Part shown: in pieces, positions 17,093 through 24,270 of the stretch
Position numbering within the stretch: position 1 is the first letter of the stretch
Layout of the letters: the number at the start of each line of letters is the position of its first letter
DNA from: a virus
Taxonomy: Duplodnaviria > Caudoviricetes
Virus record (IMG/VR): IMGVR_UViG_3300034088_000015
Coordinates: 1 to 25,488 of that record
Strand: one strand, 5' to 3'
DNA: 25,488 nucleotides
Translations under genes and position numbers: made by a program
The notes under the pieces: model-generated
The model's database searches: none
Told to the model about the DNA's origin: nothing
What the model saw: the letters and a program-made list of their open reading frames with translations, nothing else

Positions 17093-17503
17093 TCAGCCTC
17101 CTGTCCAAACTATGTAATCTTGCCGCGTCCTGAATAGGTACTCATATTCGTCCGCGCCAGACTCGCGGAGGTCCTGCTCCGCGTCAAGCATCGCGTATCG
17201 TATCGTAACTCCGGACTGTGATACATCTCGAACCGCCGACAACCGATCTCCGACCACCATAGCCAGATCCTTAGCCGCGGCATACGTCGTCCCCCAGCTA
17301 TCGACCTGGAGGCGCGCATTGTCGAGACCAACCTCGCCATCGTCGGCGTAGAGCGGTCCGCCAGAGATCCTGGTAACTGTAATCGCCGGCAAGGGCGATC
17401 CCTGCGGCCGCGCGACCGGATACACCCTGGTGCCGACGATAGTCGTTATAGCTGCCCCAGCCAGCAGATAATTTATGACAGCGGTCTCGACGTTAGCTGT
17501 CAT
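17093..17503 (-). CDS. Tail terminator / completion protein (DUF3168-like)
   Basis: VGTRVYPVARPQGSPLPAITVTRISG...RLQVDSWG.TY..AK.LA. Confidence 0.87.
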   Translation of the reverse strand: MTANVETAVINYLLAGAAITTIVGTRVYPVARPQGSPLPAITVTRISGGPLYADDGEVGLDNARLQVDSWGTTYAAAKDLAMVVGDRLSAVRDVSQSGVTIRYAMLDAEQDLRESGADEYEYLFRTRQDYIVWTGG

Positions 17504-17955
17504 GCCTTGGCCATCTTCTTGGCGCGGCGCGCAACCGCCCGCTGAATCTCCGCCCAGAGCGTAGACTTGATCTGCTGCAGTATCTCACCTCGCGCCTGGT
17601 CCCACGCCGGACGCATGAACGGCTCCGCGGACTGGCGGCTCGTACCGAACTCTACCATGTGCGCCTGCGGCAGCGGTCCGGCCCCGATGAATATCTCAAC
17701 GTCGCTGGGATCCCACCGGCGATGAAGAGAACGTTGCCTGCGCGACAGCTGCGTCGAGGCCTGGATACTCACCTGCAATTTTCCTGTCCGACGCGCCGCG
17801 TCGCCGGCCGCACGGCGTGCGATCGGCTGACCGGCCTGCAGCAGCGTCCGCTTCATGACGTTGCGGGCCGTAGCATCAGGCAAATCCCGACGAAGCGTCT
17901 CCTGCAACTCCGCCAGGCCTCCGATATGGACCCTGATCACATTTCCGCCGGGCAT
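17500..17955 (-). CDS. HK97 gp10-family tail completion protein
   Basis: IGGLAELQ...RRTGKLQ.SI...AHMVEFGTSRQSAEPFMRPAWD; likely start ATG 17955 with agggg RBS. Confidence 0.88.
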   Translation of the reverse strand: MPGGNVIRVHIGGLAELQETLRRDLPDATARNVMKRTLLQAGQPIARRAAGDAARRTGKLQVSIQASTQLSRRQRSLHRRWDPSDVEIFIGAGPLPQAHMVEFGTSRQSAEPFMRPAWDQARGEILQQIKSTLWAEIQRAVARRAKKMAKA

Positions 17956-18266
17956 CGTATCCCCTTGTTCATCCGCTCGAACCGCAGGCAAAAGCCGGCC
18001 ATCATGATGGCAAAATCTCTTTGCCGGAGAGCGTCAGCCGGCAATGAATTCATGGAGTGCTTAAGTTCAAAAACCTGAGTTGTTAATTCTTTGATCGCAC
18101 TCTTTTGCTCTTCAAGCGCTTTCGATATCTGACTTATGCGATTATCAGTGGTATCGTCCGTTGATATCAATTTCGAATAGCCAAAACCCAGCCAGAATAC
18201 TCCCGCCATGATGCCAACGACAGCGACGATCGGAAGGTAACCGGTCGATAGGTCTCTGATCGTCAT
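17937..18266 (-). CDS. Hypothetical single-TM coiled-coil protein inserted in head-tail module
   Basis: TM LPIVAVVGIMAGVFWLGFGY then heptad-like ISQISKALEEQKSAIKELTTQVFELK; ATGA overlap with head closure gene. Confidence 0.7.
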   Translation of the reverse strand: MTIRDLSTGYLPIVAVVGIMAGVFWLGFGYSKLISTDDTTDNRISQISKALEEQKSAIKELTTQVFELKHSMNSLPADALRQRDFAIMMAGFCLRFERMNKGIRCPAEM

Positions 18267-18607
18267 CTGTCCTGCCTGGCTACCGCGTGAAATTCCAACC
18301 AGTGATTGCGCTCGAGCTCTCTGACGCCCGTCACATCATAGATCAAACCACCCTCCAGCTGCAGTCGATCCTTCGGTGTAACCGTGACAGTCTGCGAAGA
18401 ATGACGCACCTGAAAATGTGCCGTCACCTGCGCGCCAACCTCCCGCGCGCGAAACGTCTCGCCGGCACTGGCATCAATCCGATTCGCCCAGATGGTCGCA
18501 TAGTTCGTCCAGCTGTCGACCGGCTCGTTGTAATCGTTCGTCGTCTGCACGGCCCTGAGTATCGTCAAACGCTCGTCGAGCCGGCCCGCGTGCGGGACAT
18601 CAACCAT
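18263..18607 (-). CDS. Head closure / head-tail adaptor (SPP1 gp16-like)
   Basis: AGRLDERLTI...DYNEPVDSW...TIWA...GETF.A...FQVR...KDRL. Confidence 0.9.
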   Translation of the reverse strand: MVDVPHAGRLDERLTILRAVQTTNDYNEPVDSWTNYATIWANRIDASAGETFRAREVGAQVTAHFQVRHSSQTVTVTPKDRLQLEGGLIYDVTGVRELERNHWLEFHAVARQDR

Positions 18608-19283
18608 GAACGCCCCCGAACCAGCCCACCTTGTAAGGCGCGAGGAGACTGTGCACGACTTCCGGGACGTCTTCCTGTCCCGGCCTGTCGTACATGCTCT
18701 GCGTCAGCATCAGTACGGCCTCGCGGATAGACTCCGGCACGGCCAGGTTGGCCGGCGAACTCAGGTCCCTGTAGCCGCAGTCGAACGTCACTCGAACCGC
18801 ATCCGGCTCCCCGACGCGCGTCGACGGCCACGACTGACTCGGCGCAAGGATCAGCCGTGACCGCCGCCGCGTGCCACCGGCAACGACACGATACGTTGAG
18901 GAAGCAAGTGTCTGCACGTCACCGTCAGTATCAAGATACTCGACGAGAGTGACCCCAATGAGCGGCGGCAACGGTATCTCGAGGTATCCCGTGACGGACG
19001 TCTCGAGGCCGGAGAACTCGCGCGACACGGTCAGGTCGTCCAGGTCACCAACCACCTGCGCTCCCGGAAACGACTGCACCTCAAGGCGCCAGGTCTGTGG
19101 CATCAACGCGCGACCGAGGATACCGTCAGCACCGTCGAGCCTCTCGGTCGCCGCCGCGACGAGCTGCTGGATCCGCGTGTCGTCAGCCGCCGTGTCGATG
19201 CGGAGCGCTTGCTTCGCCCGCTCGAGCGGCACGACCACGTCCATAGGCCCCTGAACGAGTATCAGCGCACTCACCACCGCCAC
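18600..19283 (-). CDS. Head-tail connector (HK97 gp6 / phiE125 gp8-like)
   Basis: VPLERAKQALRID..ADD..I..LVAAA...GRALMPQTW...PLPPL..V..VEYLD...VRVTFDCGY...VPESIREAVLML...LLAPYKV; an alternative start is GTG 19274. Confidence 0.9.
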   Translation of the reverse strand: MAVVSALILVQGPMDVVVPLERAKQALRIDTAADDTRIQQLVAAATERLDGADGILGRALMPQTWRLEVQSFPGAQVVGDLDDLTVSREFSGLETSVTGYLEIPLPPLIGVTLVEYLDTDGDVQTLASSTYRVVAGGTRRRSRLILAPSQSWPSTRVGEPDAVRVTFDCGYRDLSSPANLAVPESIREAVLMLTQSMYDRPGQEDVPEVVHSLLAPYKVGWFGGVHG

Positions 19284-19945
19284 CCCATGCAGTAGTCACC
19301 TGCCTTGATCCACAGCACCTCCGCTCCCCACGACTTCAGGAGATCGACGGCAGCCAGCTGACCAACGCCATAGCGTTCCGCATTGCCGGGTTTCTGCTCG
19401 ACGACAACGACCGGCTTACAGCTTCGGATCGTCTCCTCTCCGCCAAGAAGCACCTCACGCTCCCATCCTTCAACGTCTATCTTAACGAGATCGACGCCAG
19501 TAAAGCCGTAGGAATCAAGTGTCCTCGCCGGCACCTCGATGTGAGCTTCTTCGACGCTGCAAGAAACAGCCCAATTGCCAGAATTACTACCCGGCGCGGT
19601 CATGCTGAGAGACGAAACCGAGGTAGACGACAGGGCAACATCATACACCTCTATGTTGTTAATGCCCTCTAGGTTGGCGGCGAGACAGAGAAGCAAGTCG
19701 GGCACGGGCTCGAAAGCGACCACACGAGAGAATGACGGACAGAGGACGCGAGTCCAAAGACCGACATGAGCGCCGACGTCGATCGCAAGCCGCCTCCGAT
19801 CCTTGAAAGTCGCATCGATGGCCGCGACGATCTTACGCATCTGATAAGTACCGGCCCCGCGGAACTTTTCACCCTGCCTGAGATGAAATTCAAAGTGATC
19901 GTCACTGTCAGGTAACCAGATGCCCTGGACATTCTTCACAATCAC
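19271..19945 (-). CDS. FkbM-family methyltransferase
   Basis: AIDVGAHVGLWT, VVAFEP, ARTLDS, VDLVKIDVEGWEREVLLGGEETIRSCKPVVVVE. Confidence 0.92.
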   Translation of the reverse strand: MIVKNVQGIWLPDSDDHFEFHLRQGEKFRGAGTYQMRKIVAAIDATFKDRRRLAIDVGAHVGLWTRVLCPSFSRVVAFEPVPDLLLCLAANLEGINNIEVYDVALSSTSVSSLSMTAPGSNSGNWAVSCSVEEAHIEVPARTLDSYGFTGVDLVKIDVEGWEREVLLGGEETIRSCKPVVVVEQKPGNAERYGVGQLAAVDLLKSWGAEVLWIKAGDYCMGWRW

Positions 19946-20736
19946 CTCCAGTGCGGCTCGGAACGCTTGCCGCCTACCTCAAAACGCGGTGTTCTGCCAT
20001 AACTCTTCCTCGGTCCTTTGGCGTGGTCAAGCCGGCTGCCGAGTTCACTCAACGGAAAAGGATGGTGGCTAGCTGCCGCCGGTCCTGACAGACCTATCGG
20101 CTCAGGCATCCAACCCTCGGCAACACACTGAAGAACGAGCCACTGTATGACATATGAATCGTGGGTCTCAGGAAGATCAAACACACGTCTGCTGTTATAC
20201 AGATCCTGAAGCCTCGTCATGAATCTAACGTGCGCCGAATGCCGGCAATTGAAAAGCAAGAAACCGCACTCGGGATAGAGCCGCCGACGATCGAGCCAGG
20301 CCAGATATGAGTCGCTCCGCTTGAACAGAAGACCGCGCAACCACCTCTCGTCGACCGGTACGTGCGTCAAGGTGTCAGCATCCATCCACACCATGATGTC
20401 GCAATCCCGCGCCCGGGCGCCGGCGGTGATGGCCGCGACCTTGTGTGCGAACTTCACGCAGTCACGCCGAAAGTCGTAGGCTGATTTCCTCTTTCTGTTT
20501 CGCTTCGGATCACGACCGTGGGCATCGGGGACCGCTTCATGTCGGGCCTTCCAGTCGACAAACCACCGCGGAAACTCCAGACCGTAGACGTTAGGAGCCG
20601 CCGGCGCGGTAAAGCCCTCCGTGAACAATAACAAATCAATGTCCGAAGGCCAAAACCGGGCGAAGGTCTCGACCATGCGATGACCGTACTGTCGCCAACC
20701 GTCAGCGCTGCATGTCGAGATCACGAACGTACTCAT
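19942..20736 (-). CDS. Glycosyltransferase-like protein (GT-A, DxD motif)
   Basis: VKFAHKVAAI...MVWMDADT...YPECGF...ETHDSYV...LDHAKG; nucleotide-diphospho-sugar transferase-like layout. Confidence 0.72.
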   Translation of the reverse strand: MSTFVISTCSADGWRQYGHRMVETFARFWPSDIDLLLFTEGFTAPAAPNVYGLEFPRWFVDWKARHEAVPDAHGRDPKRNRKRKSAYDFRRDCVKFAHKVAAITAGARARDCDIMVWMDADTLTHVPVDERWLRGLLFKRSDSYLAWLDRRRLYPECGFLLFNCRHSAHVRFMTRLQDLYNSRRVFDLPETHDSYVIQWLVLQCVAEGWMPEPIGLSGPAAASHHPFPLSELGSRLDHAKGPRKSYGRTPRFEVGGKRSEPHWR

Positions 20737-21253
20737 AGTCCACCCATATCCTGACGTCGGTTCGTTGTCTGAATCTTCTGAATTTTCTATCCCACCACTC
20801 GGGAGGCCGCACGGTCAGGTGCACGTTCAGACCGTCTGAAAACTCTTTACCCGCCGGATTGCAAAAAATGTTGAAATAGGCAAACGTCGGTCGTCTGACT
20901 TGAAGAAGAGCAAAGGCGTCTTCCAAGACGTCATCGATGTCATCCTGTCTGATGTGCTCCATGACGTCCGTACATATGAGCCCGTCAAATTGTCCGGGCA
21001 TCAAGAGTCGGTTCAGCCGAACCACGCCCGGATCGTAGCAGTGCGGCAGGATACCTCCCCAACGCTCGTGCACGCGGTCGACGAGATACTGATATCCCTT
21101 GCCAGATCCATAGTCTGCGATCCGCGTCGCACCGACGTCTCTCACCAATCCGGCGATGTGGTCGGCATTCTCCGGATCGATAGAGCCAGACCACCACTTC
21201 GGGTGGCTAAGATGACTGCGAAGATAACGCTTGGCATATTGAAATTTACCCAC
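20702..21253 (-). CDS. Class I SAM-dependent methyltransferase
   Basis: IADYGSGKG motif I, CYDPGV, FDGLICTDVMEHI, HLTVRPPEWW; likely start GTG 21253 (ggag RBS) rather than 21391. Confidence 0.85.
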   Translation of the reverse strand: MGKFQYAKRYLRSHLSHPKWWSGSIDPENADHIAGLVRDVGATRIADYGSGKGYQYLVDRVHERWGGILPHCYDPGVVRLNRLLMPGQFDGLICTDVMEHIRQDDIDDVLEDAFALLQVRRPTFAYFNIFCNPAGKEFSDGLNVHLTVRPPEWWDRKFRRFRQRTDVRIWVDYEYVRDLDMQR

Positions 21254-22082
21254 GAGTCTCCGCCAAAGATATGAGGTAGTTATTCGCCGCGCCCGTCCGG
21301 ATCTCATCCACATTCCACTGACAGTAGGCGAGATTTGCCAGCAACTGTTGACGTTCCACTTCATCGGCAAGTTTTGGTACTTCCACGTCATCTAAGGAAG
21401 TAGACGAAATCGGGCGCACGACTCCATCGCCCAACACAATCGACGGTACGCCAGCGAGTAAAGCGTCAAAGCAGGTACTAGACCCGTGCGTGACGAGACA
21501 GTGCGCCCCTCTGAGAGCGGCATGGATATCGCCGTTCTTACCACGCGGAGCAAACTCAGCATCAGGCACGGATGTAGCGGCTTTCCATGACGGTTTCGGC
21601 CTATAAACGATCCGACGATCGGTGCGTCTGCGAATCTCCCGAACTACCTCTTCGGCGTACGCGGTAGGATTCTTCTCATCATGCCCCACAAAGTCATGAT
21701 ATTTAGCGGACGAGCCGCAGTAGAGGATATGTTTGCCCCGTCGCCAGGGCCTGAGCATCCTCAGCCACCCCTGCGCCACAGCACGATCCGCGGGCCTGAG
21801 AACATCCATCAGATATCCGGTCGGTTGTTGCGCGCAAAGCGTCACACGCCACCATCGAGGCCAGTCACGATTGTAACCCTTATCCCAGTAGAGCCAGATC
21901 TTGCCGGCTGCGTCGAGCTTCCTGATGAGTTCACCGCGCTTCACGCCGACGAAGCAATACGCATCTGCATCAGGGATCTGCGAGGTATCCGAGATAAAGC
22001 AGATGTTCAGACCAGAGGCTCTGAGGGCGTCATGTAAAACGATTTCACGTTCTTTCTCGGACGTATAAAAGAGAAACCTCAT
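21246..22082 (-). CDS. Capsule_synth (KpsS/KpsC-like) glycosyltransferase paralogue 3
   Basis: YWDKGY, IVYRPKP, LVTHGSSTCFDALLAGVP, RQQLLANLAYCQW..DEIRTG; likely start ATG 22082 overlapping previous stop. Confidence 0.72.
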   Translation of the reverse strand: MRFLFYTSEKEREIVLHDALRASGLNICFISDTSQIPDADAYCFVGVKRGELIRKLDAAGKIWLYWDKGYNRDWPRWWRVTLCAQQPTGYLMDVLRPADRAVAQGWLRMLRPWRRGKHILYCGSSAKYHDFVGHDEKNPTAYAEEVVREIRRRTDRRIVYRPKPSWKAATSVPDAEFAPRGKNGDIHAALRGAHCLVTHGSSTCFDALLAGVPSIVLGDGVVRPISSTSLDDVEVPKLADEVERQQLLANLAYCQWNVDEIRTGAANNYLISLAETRG

Positions 22083-22873
22083 AACAGACCTCTGATATGT
22101 TCCCACGCCTGGCCGGTCCTCATCTCCTGCGGCGTCCACTGTGCGTAGGCTACGTCGGCGAGCAACTGCCGGCGTTCGGCGTAAGGTCGGCTCATGCCGA
22201 GAACCTGATCGGAAACCAGACGACCGACACCCTTTATCGCAAAAATCGGCACGTCAAGCATCAGCGCCTCTACGGCCGTGTTGCTGTGGTGCGTAACGAG
22301 CACTCGCGAGCGACGCAACGCCACTTCAATGGTCTCCGACGCCGGTCGGGCTTTCGTCGGCTTCGGACGATAGACGAGCGGCCATTGCGGTAGTGTCTCT
22401 CGCAACGACTTCATCCTGCGAAGCTCCCACTGCTCGAAGCGATAGCCGTGCGTGCCGGCCGCCTTGGCTGACATGCCCGCGAGCAGAATCACCTCTCCAA
22501 TGCCGTCACGGCGCTCGACGATCTCCAGACCTGACGCTTCGAATCGATCGATCGGGCAACCCTTCTTCATGGTTTTCGCCGTATCCCAATCATCAATGGC
22601 GAGACGATGGTGACCTTCGGCAGAATTGTGAGGCGGCCGCCGGTTCCAATAACCGAGATCCCAGTAGACGTAATGTGCCCCGGCGGCGAGATAGCTGCGA
22701 AACACATGCTCGTGCGTCCACCCGTACGCGACGGCAACGTCGGCCGTGACGCCGTTAAATCGAGTAAGGATGTCAGACTGCAGACCGCAACGCCGCGCGC
22801 CACAATGCATCGCCATCGCGACGTGCATAGCCCGCCGGTTGTCGTCGGTGGCATAGATCGCTAGTCGCACCAC
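22079..22873 (-). CDS. Capsule_synth (KpsS/KpsC-like) glycosyltransferase paralogue 2
   Basis: YWDLGYW, LVYRPKP, LVTHHSNTAVEALMLDVP, RRQLLADVAYAQWT.QEMRTG. Confidence 0.72.
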   Translation of the reverse strand: MVRLAIYATDDNRRAMHVAMAMHCGARRCGLQSDILTRFNGVTADVAVAYGWTHEHVFRSYLAAGAHYVYWDLGYWNRRPPHNSAEGHHRLAIDDWDTAKTMKKGCPIDRFEASGLEIVERRDGIGEVILLAGMSAKAAGTHGYRFEQWELRRMKSLRETLPQWPLVYRPKPTKARPASETIEVALRRSRVLVTHHSNTAVEALMLDVPIFAIKGVGRLVSDQVLGMSRPYAERRQLLADVAYAQWTPQEMRTGQAWEHIRGLL

Positions 22874-23647
22874 TCACAACTCCTTGAACGGCATTCCTGT
22901 TGCTACTTCCTCATCCGTCCACTGTGCTTCCAGGACGCGACGCAGCATGGCTTCACGGTCGCCAAGACGTGGCCGCTGCAGCGTCTTTAATCCGTGACTG
23001 CCGGCTTCCCGGCCTATCCAGCGATCGAACTCATAGACCACGGGCACTCCGGCGAGAAGCGCCTTGAGGCCGGCACCACTGCCCCAGATCACGCAGACCG
23101 CAACGCCTCTCAGGTCCTGCTCGAGCGTCCGCCTCGACGGATTGCCGCCGGGATGCGGTCTCAGACGCACGACGCGCTCACGATCAACCGCTCGGATCCT
23201 GCGTTGAACGTCAGCAATCCACCCGGCTGGCATGGCGACCCCTGGCGGTCCGATCCCCCTCTGGGGCATGACGAGAACATCACCGACGGTGCCGTCGCTG
23301 CGCCAGGGACGAATTTCCAGACCGAGCGTCGGTATCGTTCGCGCCTCACACGCCAATGGCCGGCCAGGGCCGTTGTGATGGTTCAACGACAGGGCGAAAG
23401 TCTTTCGGGCCCCTGCAAAATCCAGGTAGCCGTTCTCAGCAACGACGACCCGCGCGCCGGCGGCCTCGTAACGCGATGCCAAGACGTGGTTGGCACCGTA
23501 TCTATTCCAGATGACCAGGATGTCGCACGGACGCGGACAGCTGACCGGCTGCTTGCAGATCGAAAAGCCGACCGCCTCGAGGCCATGAACAAAAGCCTCA
23601 CGCCTGTAGTGAGGCAGGTCTCGGATCAGCAAAGATGCGATCGGCAC
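22874..23647 (-). CDS. Capsule_synth (KpsS/KpsC-like) glycosyltransferase paralogue 1
   Basis: VAENGYL, VRLRPHP, VIWGSGAGLKALLAGVP, REAMLRRVLEAQWT.EEVATG. Confidence 0.72.
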   Translation of the reverse strand: MPIASLLIRDLPHYRREAFVHGLEAVGFSICKQPVSCPRPCDILVIWNRYGANHVLASRYEAAGARVVVAENGYLDFAGARKTFALSLNHHNGPGRPLACEARTIPTLGLEIRPWRSDGTVGDVLVMPQRGIGPPGVAMPAGWIADVQRRIRAVDRERVVRLRPHPGGNPSRRTLEQDLRGVAVCVIWGSGAGLKALLAGVPVVYEFDRWIGREAGSHGLKTLQRPRLGDREAMLRRVLEAQWTDEEVATGMPFKEL

Positions 23648-23820
23648 TATTTTCTCTCACAATCGGCTTTCAGACCCTTCGCAACTAGGATCTTTATCGC
23701 CTCAGTGAGTGATGGAATAGGCCGCTGACGAGCACGCCAATCCTCTATATCGGTCATGAATTTGGCGTCAACGCGCATTTGAAATGTGCTACGTCGCCTT
23801 TCCTCAAACTTCTTGGTCAT
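23647..23820 (-). CDS. Ribbon-helix-helix DNA-binding protein (57 aa, absent from ORF track)
   Basis: MTKKFEERRRSTFQMRVDAKFMTDIEDWRARQRPIPSLTEAIKILVAKGLKADCERK: beta-strand FQMRV, helix, PS.TEAI..LV..GL; TAG overlaps GTG of next gene. Confidence 0.8.
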   Translation of the reverse strand: MTKKFEERRRSTFQMRVDAKFMTDIEDWRARQRPIPSLTEAIKILVAKGLKADCERK

Positions 23821-23825
23821 GATGC

Positions 23826-23854
23826 AATCTATAATCCAACATTCGTGAGGTCAA
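23826..23854 (-). promoter_or_regulatory. Leftward promoter for RHH gene (probably leaderless mRNA)
   Basis: TTGACC (23854-23849) - 17 nt - TAGATT (23831-23826); ATG at 23820 lies at the expected start site. Confidence 0.6.
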
Positions 23855-23869
23855 CAAAGAATGAATGTA

Positions 23870-23898
23870 TTGACAAACAATACATACAGTAACATATT
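23870..23898 (+). promoter_or_regulatory. Rightward sigma70-type promoter
   Basis: TTGACA (23870-23875) - 17 nt - CATATT (23893-23898). Confidence 0.65.
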
Positions 23899-23925
23899 GC
23901 TTGTCATTAGCTGAAAGGAATTTAT

Positions 23926-24123
23926 ATGATTGATTCACTAGGTATTATCAAAACGCTCCGAGAAGCGGCAAAACACGCACAACGTTTGAATCTCGACATT
24001 CCACTGATTATTAAACAGGATGGAATATCCGTTCAATCACAACTGGTCAGTTGGGATGTCCTCACGGCACCCAACGGCCAGACAGTCCTCATCACCATGA
24101 TCAATCAAGTTTCAATGGAATGA
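23926..24123 (+). CDS. Hypothetical protein, counter-oriented (moron-like)
   Basis: 65 aa, RBS aaagga, own promoter and terminator. Confidence 0.7.
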   Translation: MIDSLGIIKTLREAAKHAQRLNLDIPLIIKQDGISVQSQLVSWDVLTAPNGQTVLITMINQVSME

Positions 24124-24160
24124 GTCGATAGTCGTCCACACGATTATCGACTTAATATAT
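24124..24160 (+). terminator. Probable intrinsic terminator
   Basis: gtcgatagtcgt-ccac-acgattatcgac stem (one G-U pair) right after the stop, followed by ttaatatat. Confidence 0.55.
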
Positions 24161-24270
24161 TCGCGTAATGAGCATTATGGTGACTATGACACATACGTTG
24201 CCACAAACGTGGCCGGCTCAAGTCGATCGCCAGAACCTCCGCGTTGTCGCCATAGCGCGCGTAAGGCCCG

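Noticed and set aside
14084-19283. Gene transfer agent (RcGTA-like) cluster
   Set aside because: Neck and tail genes are of related families, but the linked polymerase, helicase, SSB and long tape measure indicate a genuine phage.
19271-23647. Cluster as a DNA hypermodification or restriction-modification locus
   Set aside because: Not excluded but disfavoured. The methyltransferases lack DPPY/NPPY or PC DNA-MTase motifs, there is no hydroxymethylase, TET/JBP or thymidylate-synthase-like gene in the window, and the cluster is coupled to structural rather than replication genes.
9050-23728. Numerous + strand ORFs across the late operon (e.g. 11791..12366, 15558..16115, 22994..23728)
   Set aside because: Antisense to clearly recognisable structural or enzyme genes; no motifs or RBS support.
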